64,000 nucleotides of DNA from Epiperipatus broadwayi (Eukaryota; Animalia; Onychophora). The DNA lies in assembly GCA_028023455.1 (NCBI GenBank), contig JAQFVV010000003.1, positions 7,192,001 to 7,256,000 of the forward strand, written 5' to 3'. The position numbers were made by a program, and so were the translations under genes. Below the pieces are notes generated by a model that saw only the letters and a list, made by a program, of their open reading frames with translations, was not told where the DNA came from and searched no databases. Below, piece by piece: positions 25,037-36,718 of the stretch (position 1 is the first letter of the stretch; every line of letters starts with the position of its first letter).

Positions 25037-26207
25037 TAACATTTAAAATCCTGTTGACATGTTATTTTATAAGTCATAACTTGAATACTGAATGAAGATA
25101 ATAAAAAATGTTCATATATATTAGATTTTATTTAATGGAGGTTTGATGGCATCATTGTATCTACTTATTAATAATTTTATTAATTAATTTTCTGATATAT
25201 TGGTCATGCAGTATGGCCAATGTAATTTATATAATAGAGAAATTCATTTCCAAAACATCGCACCCAAATTTACATATGTGATGTGTTTACAACATTGTTA
25301 GTGTAAATCAGATAATTAAACTTGGAAAGTGAATTTATAAAAGAAAGATATAATATATAAGCAGAATAATCTGAGAAGTCAAGCTCAATTAAAAGTATCA
25401 TGAATAAATAAAACACTTTAGGAACTCAAAATCTTTATTGATAAACTGATATACAAATTAAAGTAATTCCCAGAAAAGATTTTTTTATATATAAATTTGA
25501 AGATTAATATATTAAAAATTCCACCAAGGATGGAATTATATAGAGTTTATATATAATAAACCAATTGTCATATTTGTTAAAATAATATTCTCTTGTGTAA
25601 ATTTTCTAGTGGTAGTTTCATCCAACATTTTAAATCGGAGAGATTCATAACTTTTTGTCCAATGCTAGAAATAATGTTCTAAGTATTTTGATCATGAGAA
25701 GAAAATGAAAGAAAATCTGGAGAGAGAAAAAAAAATGTGGCAAGATAGCTGTTTTTTTTTATAGTTTTGAATAATATTACTATAATTATTTTCTAAGGTA
25801 TACTACATAAAACCAAAATTAAAGGATATATATTGAGGAAGACTGGAATTTAAAAACAGTCTCAATCACTTTCCAGGTTCTAGCATCCAACTAAACTAAA
25901 TAACTATTAAACAAAATAATAAATTAGTCCTATCTTGTAACATGGCATAATCCATACAATATAAACTAATCTATAGCTCAAAAGAATCCAAGTGTGAATG
26001 ATGCATGCACACTCCTATATGTATAGTATGGTTATTATATAATCTTTATTTAGAAAATGGCTTACCAAAATGAAATTTGAAATTATGATAACATGGGAAA
26101 ATGTATAGAAATCTATCAAGTTCAAAATCTATAGAAAAAACAATGTCAATATGAGATTGAAAATATCATAAATCAGAACAACCATCAAAATATTGCCTAA
26201 AGTATAT

Positions 26208-27606
26208 ATTTATATATTGTATTATTTCCATAATCTATATTAAGAAAAATTAAATTTTATTTAAATTTTCCAATTACATTCAACTGCTAATAATAACACA
26301 CAGGTTAGTATATACACAAAATTTTGAAGGTATTATTTTCTCCTCTTCTTTGGGTGTTGTTAGCCTGGCCAGCAACAATACTAGCAAGGGAATCAAACCT
26401 GGATCCTTAGATTCTTGAATTTTGAATTCTAAGGAAACCCTCTAACCAAATGAACCATCCTGCCAAAGGCAACTGTCAATGAAAATTTCATATACTTATC
26501 TATGAGGTTCCTTCTGATTTCTCCCTTTTTTTGTAGGAACAAAGTTGCTTAGTGGTGTCTGTACATTATGTATAGTCACACTAGATTGACTTATAGGATT
26601 ATTCACCACTGTCATGTGTGCAGATTTTTTGTCCCTTTTCTTCTCTATCCAATATGTATTTCCCCAATAGAGCATATGTCCATTGGTACATACATGGCTT
26701 ATTACCTTAGACACATCTGTTTTCTCTCTTCTCATAATCAGTTTATGCTCTTGCAATCACTTTTCAAGAGGGAAACTGGTCTCATCAATATACATTCTTT
26801 GACATCCACATGGTATTTCATAAATGTATTTGTTTTCTTCTCGGCATTTTATGTTTAGACCTTGAAGATGAAGATGTAACAATATAAACTTGAAATGCTG
26901 AAAAGAAAAAAACTGCATCTATGAAACACCATGTGAATGTGGAAGAATGTATATTGATTAGACCAGACATCCCATAGAAAAACAAATGCAAGAGTAAAAA
27001 CTAATGATTAGAAAAGAGAAGACAGATATGTCTAAGGCAGCACACCATGTAAGTTCCAATGAACATGTTTTATGAGGAAAATACAAATATATTGGATTGA
27101 ATGGAAAATGTACAAAGAAGAAAATTCAAAGAAGCTGCTCATATGGCAGTGGCAAACAATCCCATATATCAACTTAGTGTGACTATACATAAAGTATGGA
27201 AACCACTAATCAACTTTGTTTTAAGGAAAAAGTGGAGAAAGCAGAACGAACCTCATAGATAAGTATGTGAAATTTCTAATGAATGTTGCCTTTGACAGGA
27301 TGGCTCAGTTGATTAGAGCATTACTTTAAAATTCACTATTCAAGAATCTAAGAATTCATGTTTGATTCCCATGCTATTACTGTCACTGATCAGGCCAGTA
27401 GCACCTGAATAAAAAAGAAAAATAATATCTCTTGAAATGTTGTGCATAAACTAAACCTGTTTGATGTGCTATTACTGACAGTTGAATGAAATTGGAAAAT
27501 TTAAATAAAGTTCAATTTTTCTAAAGACATTCAATACTTAATATTAGATGATGGAAATAGTCCGATATACAAATAAAATACCATCAACATTAACCTTAAG
27601 GAAAAC
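26208..27606 (+). mobile_element. Family D (tRNA-like head plus HHR), old copy: inverted arm 26207-26857, sense arm 26886-27575, tail to 27606
   Basis: Arms visibly homologous but strongly diverged. tRNA-like 26388-26464(-) and 27294-27370(+). HHR remnants 26314-26357(-) and 27401-27445(+). TSD ATTGCCTAAAGTATAT at 26192-26207 and 27607-27622. Confidence 0.85.
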
Positions 27607-27831
27607 ATTGCCTAAAGTATATTTGTGAAATGGTGATAATTATTTCAGTATATATGTACATATGTATGAACATATACATAGGTTTGTGCAATATATTTAC
27701 ACATTTTTGTATATTGTAGATCTATAGAAGTTTGCATATATTAATATGTTTATATGTAAACATGTGAATGTATAGATGTATATGTAAGTATTCATGTATA
27801 TTTGTATGTATTTATGAAACACACACACATA

Positions 27832-28399
27832 TATAAATAGTCAAAATAACTGTCATGGATCACATGACCCTATCTCTTAATCTAGTAAGTTATAAACAAT
27901 GAGGAGTGCCAATTCCTCTACAAACTTTATGATAAATGCTTAGCCAGAGCCAGCACTTAAAATATCTCTGTCAGGAACCCCTCCCAAACCTCTGACCATG
28001 GTTTCGTGCTTTGGCACTCCTCAGAGAGGTGTCAGGGTAGGTTCAGACACTAATTCTAAAAATACCAACCCAAAGCCAAGCACTTATCTAAAAGTTATCT
28101 ATTGAGTGGAAAATCTGAAATTTTCAGACATCTACATGTCTTCAAACCCAGCTATCCAATTCAAATAGCTATATGGGGCTGATAGATCTTCATCCATACC
28201 ATATATTAGTGGTCTTAGCAATATAAAATTGCATAAGACTTATGATAGAGACTATAAATAGTCAAAAGAAGAGTCATAGATCACATGACCCTATCTCTTA
28301 AGCTTGTAAGTTATAAACAATGAGGATTGTCAATTCCTCTACAAGCTTTATGATAAATGCTTAGCCAGAGCCAGCACTTAAAATATCTCTGTCGGGAAC
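27832..28399 (-). mobile_element. HHR short retroelement family C: about 1.35 copies of a 421-bp monomer
   Basis: 147-bp direct repeats 27832-27978 and 28253-28399 (about 10 differences) flank a unique segment holding the HHR. Related copy at about 42019-42170. Confidence 0.85.
27989..28029 (-). ncRNA. Minimal type I hammerhead ribozyme, family C, fully canonical
   Basis: Minus strand CCTCT-CTGAGGA-GTGC-caaa-GCAC-GAAAC-CATG-GTC-AGAGG. Perfect stems I and II, G10.1-C11.1 pair, palindromic stem III ACCATGGT, GUC cut between 27994 and 27993. Confidence 0.92.
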
Positions 28400-30429
28400 A
28401 TATATATATATATTGTCACATTCATGTGCATGGTTTTCTTATATAAATAATGAAGACTATCTGTATGTAAAATATTTAATGTATCAGTACACTGATCTAC
28501 ACTGATCTTTGTATGTTTATATATATTGATATACATATATTTGTATATATATACATATGGATATGAATTTATGTGTTACAACACATATGTATGGCTGTGA
28601 TTATACATTTATGTATGTAGACATATATATATAAATGCATCTAATTTTATTTTTTTAATTAAGTGTTCATGAGTTTTTGCAAAATAAAGTTATACAAATT
28701 TATGTATATATACATTTTTGTATTTATAATTTATTACATAAAATATTTATACATATTTAAAAACATTTGCTTACTTAAAATATTTAATTCATTTTATTTT
28801 ATTTATTAATTTTTAATATTTAATAATTCTTTCTTAAGCTTGTTTTTTTATATATATATAATTTCATTTATACATCTTCTTTAATCACTTTTTACAATAT
28901 AATTCATAAAAATTGCATTCCGTGATTGCAATGTAAAAAGTGATTAAAGAAGTTATATAAATAGTATTATGTACACATATATATAAATCAATGCATAAAG
29001 AAATAAGAAGGTAGAAAAAAATTATAACTCGTTTTTTATTGGACTACATCTTGTAAATAAATTTATTTCATATAAATAAAGTATGTTACTATATGCACCA
29101 CATGTTGATTGTTCAACATAATCTGTTTTAAGGTTATTCTTATTTAAAAAAATATCTCAAAATTATGTTTGAAAAATCAAAAAATAAACATATAAAACAT
29201 ATCAAAACATAATGCAAAAACATAAAATACTTGAAAGAGTGAAGTGGATGTTTCAAAATGTTTCCATTGTAAGAAGGGTTGAGCCTAACTTTTAGGGTAA
29301 TAGATGGTTGGAATGAGAATGAGCTAAAGGTGAATTATGCACTGATAAAAACAAAAATTTGAAAATATAAAACATACCAAAAACATAATATAAAACCATG
29401 AAACACAAATAAAATATTTTTTATAAAATATAATAATGATAACTTCTAAATTTTTAAATGTAGAAAAACCTTCAAAATTTATTTAGTAACCTATTTTTTA
29501 AATCCTTCATAAAAGCATTGGTTTTTGCTTTAGTTCAATTTTATCTTATCTTTACATTTTTCTTAATGTTATAAATAATTTCATTGAAATTTGCTGAAAT
29601 TATTTTCCTATGCTTATAAGAGTTCTCTTTTAAACTAAAGTAAAATTTAATTAATTTTTAATCAATATAAAAACATTTCCTAATTAAACATCTTTCTATG
29701 AACAGTAGATTATAGTCTTTTACAATTTAATTATTTTTCAGTATATTTTTCAATCATTTTAGATTTGCAATGTTTTTTTTTTTTTTTGGAATACAAATGT
29801 ATTAATGAATTCGTATCATATACATATATTTTTTGCTAAAGTGTGTTTTACTTTAGTTCTGCTTGTACCAATGTAATTTATTTCCATATTATTATATTTA
29901 CAAGCAAGACATATAATTTTATATATCTCTCAAGGGTAAATGACTTGCCAAAATACTATATAAACTAAGAATCTCTTATTAAAAAGATAAATAATTATAA
30001 TGATTAGCTAAAGCAAAAAAAATTACCTCATTACTACAAATTCAAAATATACAATAATTGTTAATCATCTGATTAAGAAAAGGCAAACCTTAAAATTGTG
30101 AAAAAGTAATAATTAACAATTTACTAAACATATAACAGCAACACAATAAGAAGGAGAAGAAGTTATTCAGCAGCGTGCAAGTAATTTGCAAGAAACAAAA
30201 AGTAGCCAGTTCTAGTTACTTCATCTTCACAATATTCAAAAGATCAATCAAACAAGGTAAAGTCTACCTACATATAGTATTTTCACTTTTCGATTAGATG
30301 ATTTTTTTCATTTAATACTGAATAAAAATTTTAATAAGAATTGAATTATTTAATTGCTATTTCAAGGATACATGGTATCAATGCAATTATCACATGATCA
30401 GTTGTTTCTGATTAAAATCACAAATCTTT

Positions 30430-33315
30430 AAGGTCAAAGTAAAAAACTCCAGCAAACAAATTGTTTAGCAACAATGATATCACCTCCACAGCTCCAAGGT
30501 GACAAAGTACAAATTCCCAATACCAAAAACAAGGACATTTCAATTGCTAAACTCAACATCTTTTCAGTCCAAAAGTCAAATTTCAGTTGTAACAATAAAA
30601 AAAAACCCAATAGCAAAAATAACAATATTCCAATTGCTCCAATTACCAGCTCCTCAAGTCAAAGGTCAAACTCAAAACAAACATATGAAATGTCATTAGA
30701 AACAAGTTACAAATCTCTAACAGCAAAAATGAAACTATTTCAATCATTCCCAAGACAATTATATGTTTCCATAGAGTCACATCCAATGATATCAAAGAAT
30801 TGGACCTTAATTCACAAGAGGCTCAAGTTGTAGTCTGAACAGCAGAGAAGCTAGTGATAATAAATAATAGACTTAATAGTACCATCATCAGAGGACTGCT
30901 CACAATCTTCAAGAAGATTTCCTTCCCAGTCTCTAATGTCAGCAACCACTGATTCAAATCCATCTACAAGTTTCTCTGTCAACTTCTCTACAGGAGCATT
31001 ACAATGTATCTGCTGTGGGATACAATCAATCACATTGCTGACCATCCAAATCCAAGCTACATTGCAATTGACTTTTATCAGGTCATCCACAGGGAACATT
31101 GTTAAATATGATTAAAACACTTGACAATTATGCATTAATAACAGTTGATCCAAATTTCCACAACTGTATCACTGGGGTTTTAAAACACACCTATTTCAGA
31201 TACACTCCACAAGATTTCCAGAAAATTATACAGTCCTTTGGGAAAGTGACTTCAATTTCAATCACTTATTCTCAAAAACATATCCATATCCATACCCAGT
31301 AATAACTATGAAATTTCAAAATTCAATTGCACTCTGGCATTGACCCAAATAAAATCCATAGACAAATACTTAACCAGAAAGCAACATTGTGCCCTTATTT
31401 TGATGGATTAACCCCACAATGCTACTCCTGTGGCCAGCAGGGTAATCTCACCATCCAGTTCTTTAATGCATGGGCTCCACCCTAATCATTAGCCACTTCC
31501 CAAACAGATTCTGAAACACCAGCCATCAAGTAACATCTCATCAATCCTTGATAAATTTCAATAGCAATTGACAATCTGACCCAACACCCTTCAACAACCC
31601 CCACCTATCTCCAAATCCAAAATACATGCCAATAGATTTTATCCCCAAATCCAATCAAAAACCTAAGACCATTCCATTTTCATATAGTCTATCTCAGACT
31701 CGGACTCCAATCAACCTGATACATCTAATTTGATTAGAATACTAAGCTCTGATACCATCAACTAACCTTTCCCTGAAATGCTTCTGTAAATAAACATGGC
31801 ATAAGACCAATGTATCATTAAAACAAAACCTCAATGCAAATCATGAAAACAACTGCTCCACCACACCAGAACAACTCCACCACTCTTCCTCTCTCTGTTT
31901 CAACTAATCAGATGCTACCACTCACACCCAATCATCAAACAATTACTCTTACATATTAGCCCACACTAGAGACCCTTAATACTATTCTCCATATCTCCTT
32001 CATCCATCCCCTTCTTTAACTTTTATACAATTCATGAAAATACCATAAATTAATGTTTGCAGACTCACAAATTAATGTTTGCAGACTCACTTCATTAACA
32101 AAATTATACCAACTGCAAAGATGGATTGCCATCATCCAACCATATATTCTAGGTTTACTGAAACCAAATAATTTACAGATGATATCAGATTGACATCATT
32201 GACACCTTCACAGACATGGTTTCTGTGTTTGGTCCAGGTACATCTCATTGCCAATAGCAGATACTGGCCTTTTTATCAATTTTGAATGCCCTATTCACAA
32301 CATACAAAATATTATACATTGATGCCCAGCTCCTAATTACAATCTTTCATCACCATAGAGTAACATTGAATATAATTTTGTCTACATCCCCCAAGTCCTA
32401 CAGTCATTACATACATCATCCAAACCATCAACTCACTATTTACATTCAGTGCCTCCCACCCAACTGTACTAAAAGATGAATTCAACTTAAATTACCCAAC
32501 TTTTACTAATAAATGGCTAAACCTCCTAAACTTCTCACTCATGAGCAACTAATTCAGTCATTTTTCATAATAAGTGACCTGCAACCCTACTTGACTCATT
32601 TCTGCTCTGCCACTACATTATCTAATTGAAATTACCCATAACATACATCACTCTCTGATCATTCAGCCTGGTCACACTTAATCTCAATGAACTCTATGCA
32701 ACATCTATACAATTATATAAAATCGATTCCTCTTCAGCCAATACTGATTTCATTTTTTCTGAAACATGTATCATGTTAAACAAGTTGGAGCAAATAAACA
32801 TAGACCCAATTTAAATGTATCTTATTTTCATCCACATGCTGGTCCAAATACCTAACCAAGCATCCTCTCCATGTTTTCAGCTTCTGGCATTGACTGACAA
32901 TTTACACAAGAGAATTGTTAATACCAAACCTACCTATGAATCTCATCATCAGCTACACAGGCTTACTCAAACCTATCATCACTCCAGTAAACAGGTGAAA
33001 GACTATCTTGCTATCAAAAAAAAAGATTCTGTCTAACCCAACAATATTCATGGACCAGAGTATACATACACTGAGCATTAGGCCAATCCACAAAATTAAC
33101 AGTTTCCATGGCACTTCAAACAGACAAGTATACATGTACTGGACAAAATATGATTCACTCTATATACCTAAACTTCAAAAATAAGCTCCAAAATCCCATC
33201 CATATCTTTGGACCACCAGAAACTGCAATGCCTTTTGCCATCATCCACAACTCATGTCATCCTGGGTCTCATGAAATTCCTGCCTTTATTTTTAGTTGTC
33301 TCAGTCATTTCACCA

Positions 33316-33354
<39 letters not shown>

Positions 33355-34195
33355 TGTGGCAACTATAAATATATATATATATATATATATACAATCTTGC
33401 CAAATTCCTATCCCAAAGATAATGTGATGTCAGAGGCTTAACCTCTATCACAATAATGTCATTCACTAAAAAAATTGATTCCATATCCAGCTTATCCAAT
33501 CTTTTGCCCATCTCCATAAACCAACTAGCCATAAAATTGCTCAAGAAAGTCACTAAAAATGAAATTGAATCATGCATTCTTTGACTAATATCCCTCCAGT
33601 TTGCTAACAAAGATCCATCTACTATACAAGGAGCATTTATTTTTACAACAATCCTCAACTCAATTCAACAGAAAAAAGGTCCCATTGTAATCCAGCTAGA
33701 CATACAAGAAGCATTTAATTCCATCCCTATCAACATATTCAAGTGCTTAGTAATACCACTATTCCACCACTCTCATATAACTAATCACTAATCTGCTTTT
33801 GAATTATGAAGTCCACATTACCTTCAATGTCAGAAATTCATGATCCTTCATCCCACCCAGTCCATTCCATGGAAATCCCTGCTTAGCTCATTACTTTTTA
33901 TGCTGTACATAAACCTACTTCTGCAACATATATCAAAATCACCAGAATCCAAATGCCATGGACACAGCAGTATATTCCTTGCATAGACTACATGGATGAT
34001 GTTACCATCTTCCTGCTTCCCTGGAAACAACTATTCTTGTTGTAAAGCATTCTCAGTGATTACATGTCTGCTTACAATCTTCAATTCAATCTCAATAAAA
34101 CTGCTGCATAGTTTCTATTCACTAAAAAACCATGCACAAAAATGTTCCAAAGAAAATCCATGCCATTCTTAATCTTCTCATTCCATAAATGCACA
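30430..34195 (+). mobile_element. Decayed L1/Tx1-like LINE (ORF1 remnant, APE, RT), 3' part missing
   Basis: MKIP*INV (APE start, about 32034), SDHSA, IQLDIQEAFNSI, SLLSSLLFMLYINLLL and IPCIDYMDDVTIF (YMDD 33989-34000). Many stops and frameshifts, (TA)n insertions at about 33318-33390, 22-bp tandem duplication at 32047-32090. 5' boundary approximate. Confidence 0.85.
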
Positions 34196-34199
34196 CTTG

Positions 34200-36500
34200 G
34201 TATGAGGCAGGCAACACAAGCCAGACTCATGATTGTATGTAAGATTAATTCACTTTTAGTTAGTTTGTTACTAAAGGTTTTTTTTATATTTTAAACAGTC
34301 ATTTACTTTGAGAAAAAAAATAATTGTTTTGGAGGCCTAAGGTTGGAAAATATGTACTTATAGTTTGATTGGTTTTGAAAAAGCGAAAAAAATTTTATCC
34401 TTCTGTGTAAAGGGGTTTGAAGAATAGGAGAGGTATTATAAAGTCAAATATAGAATAGGTGACTTGGAAAATAAGAATATGGATTGCATTTGTATTGAAT
34501 TGGCAGAAAGGAATTAGGCATGCTTTGGTAGAGTGCACAGTGTGTGCTGAGGTTTATTACTTGAAGTGTTTGAATAATAATAGGAAGGATGTAGCAGGTT
34601 TCTGGTTATGTAGTCAGTGTGTAAATGTGATAAAAGAGATGAAAAATGGTTTCTAAATGTAGTTAGTCTACAAAGAAAGTCAGGTGAAAGGGAGAAAATG
34701 TAATTAAGGAAGATAGGACAGAGTATGTTTTAGTGGAGTGTCAGGAGATATGGGTGGAGAAAGTAATAGTGCAATAGAGATGGCTAGCCAGAGAATAAGT
34801 AAGATAGAGGAAGAAATGAAGGATATAGAAGCAAAATTAAAATTGTTAGAGACAAAGTGTTAGCAGATGAAGGAATTAATTGAGTAGGAATGATAAGGAA
34901 GAAATAGATAAAAAGGTCCAGAAGGTGATAGAAAATGTTACAGATGAAGTAGAGAAAGTAGACTATGAGACAGTACTGATAGAAGATTCACTAATTAGAG
35001 AATGTGGGGATATAATTGCAAGGAAAAATAGAAGCAGGTAAGTAAGATTATGTTTTCCTGGAGCTAAAATTAGGTATATGGCAAAGTAGTAGAGATGTGT
35101 ATGTTATGGTAGGGACTAATAATTTGTCAGAACCATTAGAGACAGTAATGGATGACTATGTAGAATTGATTAGGAATTTGAGTAAGATTAAAGAAAGAGT
35201 AGGGGTAATTGGATTATTACCAAGATTTGTTAAGAGGCATTTGTTAAATAGGGCATGTTCTATAAATGAGAGGATTGAAAAAATTGTGTGAGAGAAATAA
35301 TGTTATGTTTGTGGATGTATGGAATTGGTTTATTGTTATATAGTAAAGATGATTGCACTTAGGAAAACAAGGAAGTGAAGTTTTAGGAAGTCTGATGTAT
35401 AAAGAATATAATTCGGGAAACTTTTAAAGGGGGGAGGCTTTTAAATTGTAGTTTTAGGGAGTCTGATGTATAAAGAACATTATTCGGCAAACTTTTAAAG
35501 GGGGGTGGGTTTTTTAAATTGTAGTATTATCAAGAAAAAGAAAATAAGCAAAAGATAGTTGATTTAGATATAAGTGTAGATGTGGAGAGGAAAGGGATCT
35601 GTAAGATTAATGGTAAGAAAGTTTTTTATAAATGTAAGGAAGAAGAAAGAATCAGAAAAATTTATAAAAAAGTAGTTAGGAAAGAAGAAATTGTTAAAAT
35701 TGGGTATTTGAATATGCAAGGTCGTAGGAGACCAGAAAAGTGGCTGGAATTAAAGAAAGCAATTGAAAATGAACATCTTGAGATATTAGCAGTAATCAAA
35801 ACACATCTAAGAGAAAAAGAAGAACCTATTCTGGAAGATTTGGTATGGCAGGATATAAATAGAAAAAAGGGGTGGTGGTATAGGTGTTATATTGAAAAAA
35901 TATTTAAATATTGTTAATCTGCCAAGAACATTTGTAGCTTGAAATAAGGTTGGGTAGACAAGAATGGATAATGTCTATAGTATATATAACCACTGGAGAT
36001 AGTCAAACTGCAATGGAGTGGCACTCAGCATATATGAATGCCTAGTTAAGGATATACAGAGTTTTAAAGAAAAGGGGAAGAGAATAATGGTTATAGGGGA
36101 TATGAATGGGTGATGATGTAGATAATAAGAATGGTCAGTTTTTGAAGGAATTTTGTCAGAAAGTTAAGTTGAGCATTGGGAATTTTATCAAATAATTATG
36201 AGGGACAATATATATGGTCTAGGAATAATATATTTCACACAATCGATTATGTATTGATAGAGAAAGAGGAAATGAATAAAATACGGAAAATTAAAGTGTT
36301 TGATAATGAAGAGAGAGTATGTAATAGTGATCATAACTTCATTGTAATAGAAATGGTTAGTAAAAGTAGAAGCAATAGTGAAAGATGTGGATGGAGAGTG
36401 AATGATAAGAATAAGTTGGAAGAGTATAAAATACAAGTTGAAGAAACCATGAAACAGTTGGTTGGGATGAGTATAAGGACTGGTGTGGTGAAATAGAAAA
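34200..36500 (+). mobile_element. Decayed CR1/L2-group-like LINE: ORF1 with PHD finger and SGNH esterase, ORF2 APE; RT and 3' end missing
   Basis: ECTVCAEVYYLKC...FWLCSQC (PHD). VLIEDSLIR, CFPGAKI, VGTNN (SGNH blocks). IGYLNMQG, IMVIGDMNG, TIDYVLI, SDHNFI (APE). Clade assignment tentative. Confidence 0.85.
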
Positions 36501-36687
36501 AGTGGCAAATAAGAAAATGAGAGTTAGGTCTTAAAAGTTTATGAAAATCATTATTATGACTGTAAATTGTCATTATTCAAATGAAAAAGTAAATATATGC
36601 TACAAACATAATTTAATTAACAAAATAAATAGTGATGGTAAACTATATTGTAAAAGATTATAATTTATTTAAAATTACAGCTTAGCA

Positions 36688-36718
36688 CTGCTTTTGACCA
36701 GATCGGTCATATTCGAAG
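36688..36718 (-). ncRNA. Decayed hammerhead-like motif (Penelope type)
   Basis: Minus strand TCGAATA-T-GACC-gatct-GGTC-AAAAG. Intact stem II GACC/GGTC, core mutated. Confidence 0.5.

Noticed and set aside
26207-27575. Interpretation of the long inverted repeats as MITE or Foldback DNA transposon TIRs
   Set aside because: Arms are asymmetric relative to the TSDs, TSD lengths vary (10-16 bp), and tails and HHRs indicate retroposition.
28866-28962. 31-bp inverted repeat; similar small IRs at about 14642-14743 and about 44187-44262
   Set aside because: Real but short and AT-rich, with no TSD or HHR; probably MITE remnants.
29232-29345. CR1-like 3' fragment (RVIDGWNE) between AT-rich direct repeats; CR1 APE-like hint at about 49150-49200
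   Set aside because: Single short motifs only.
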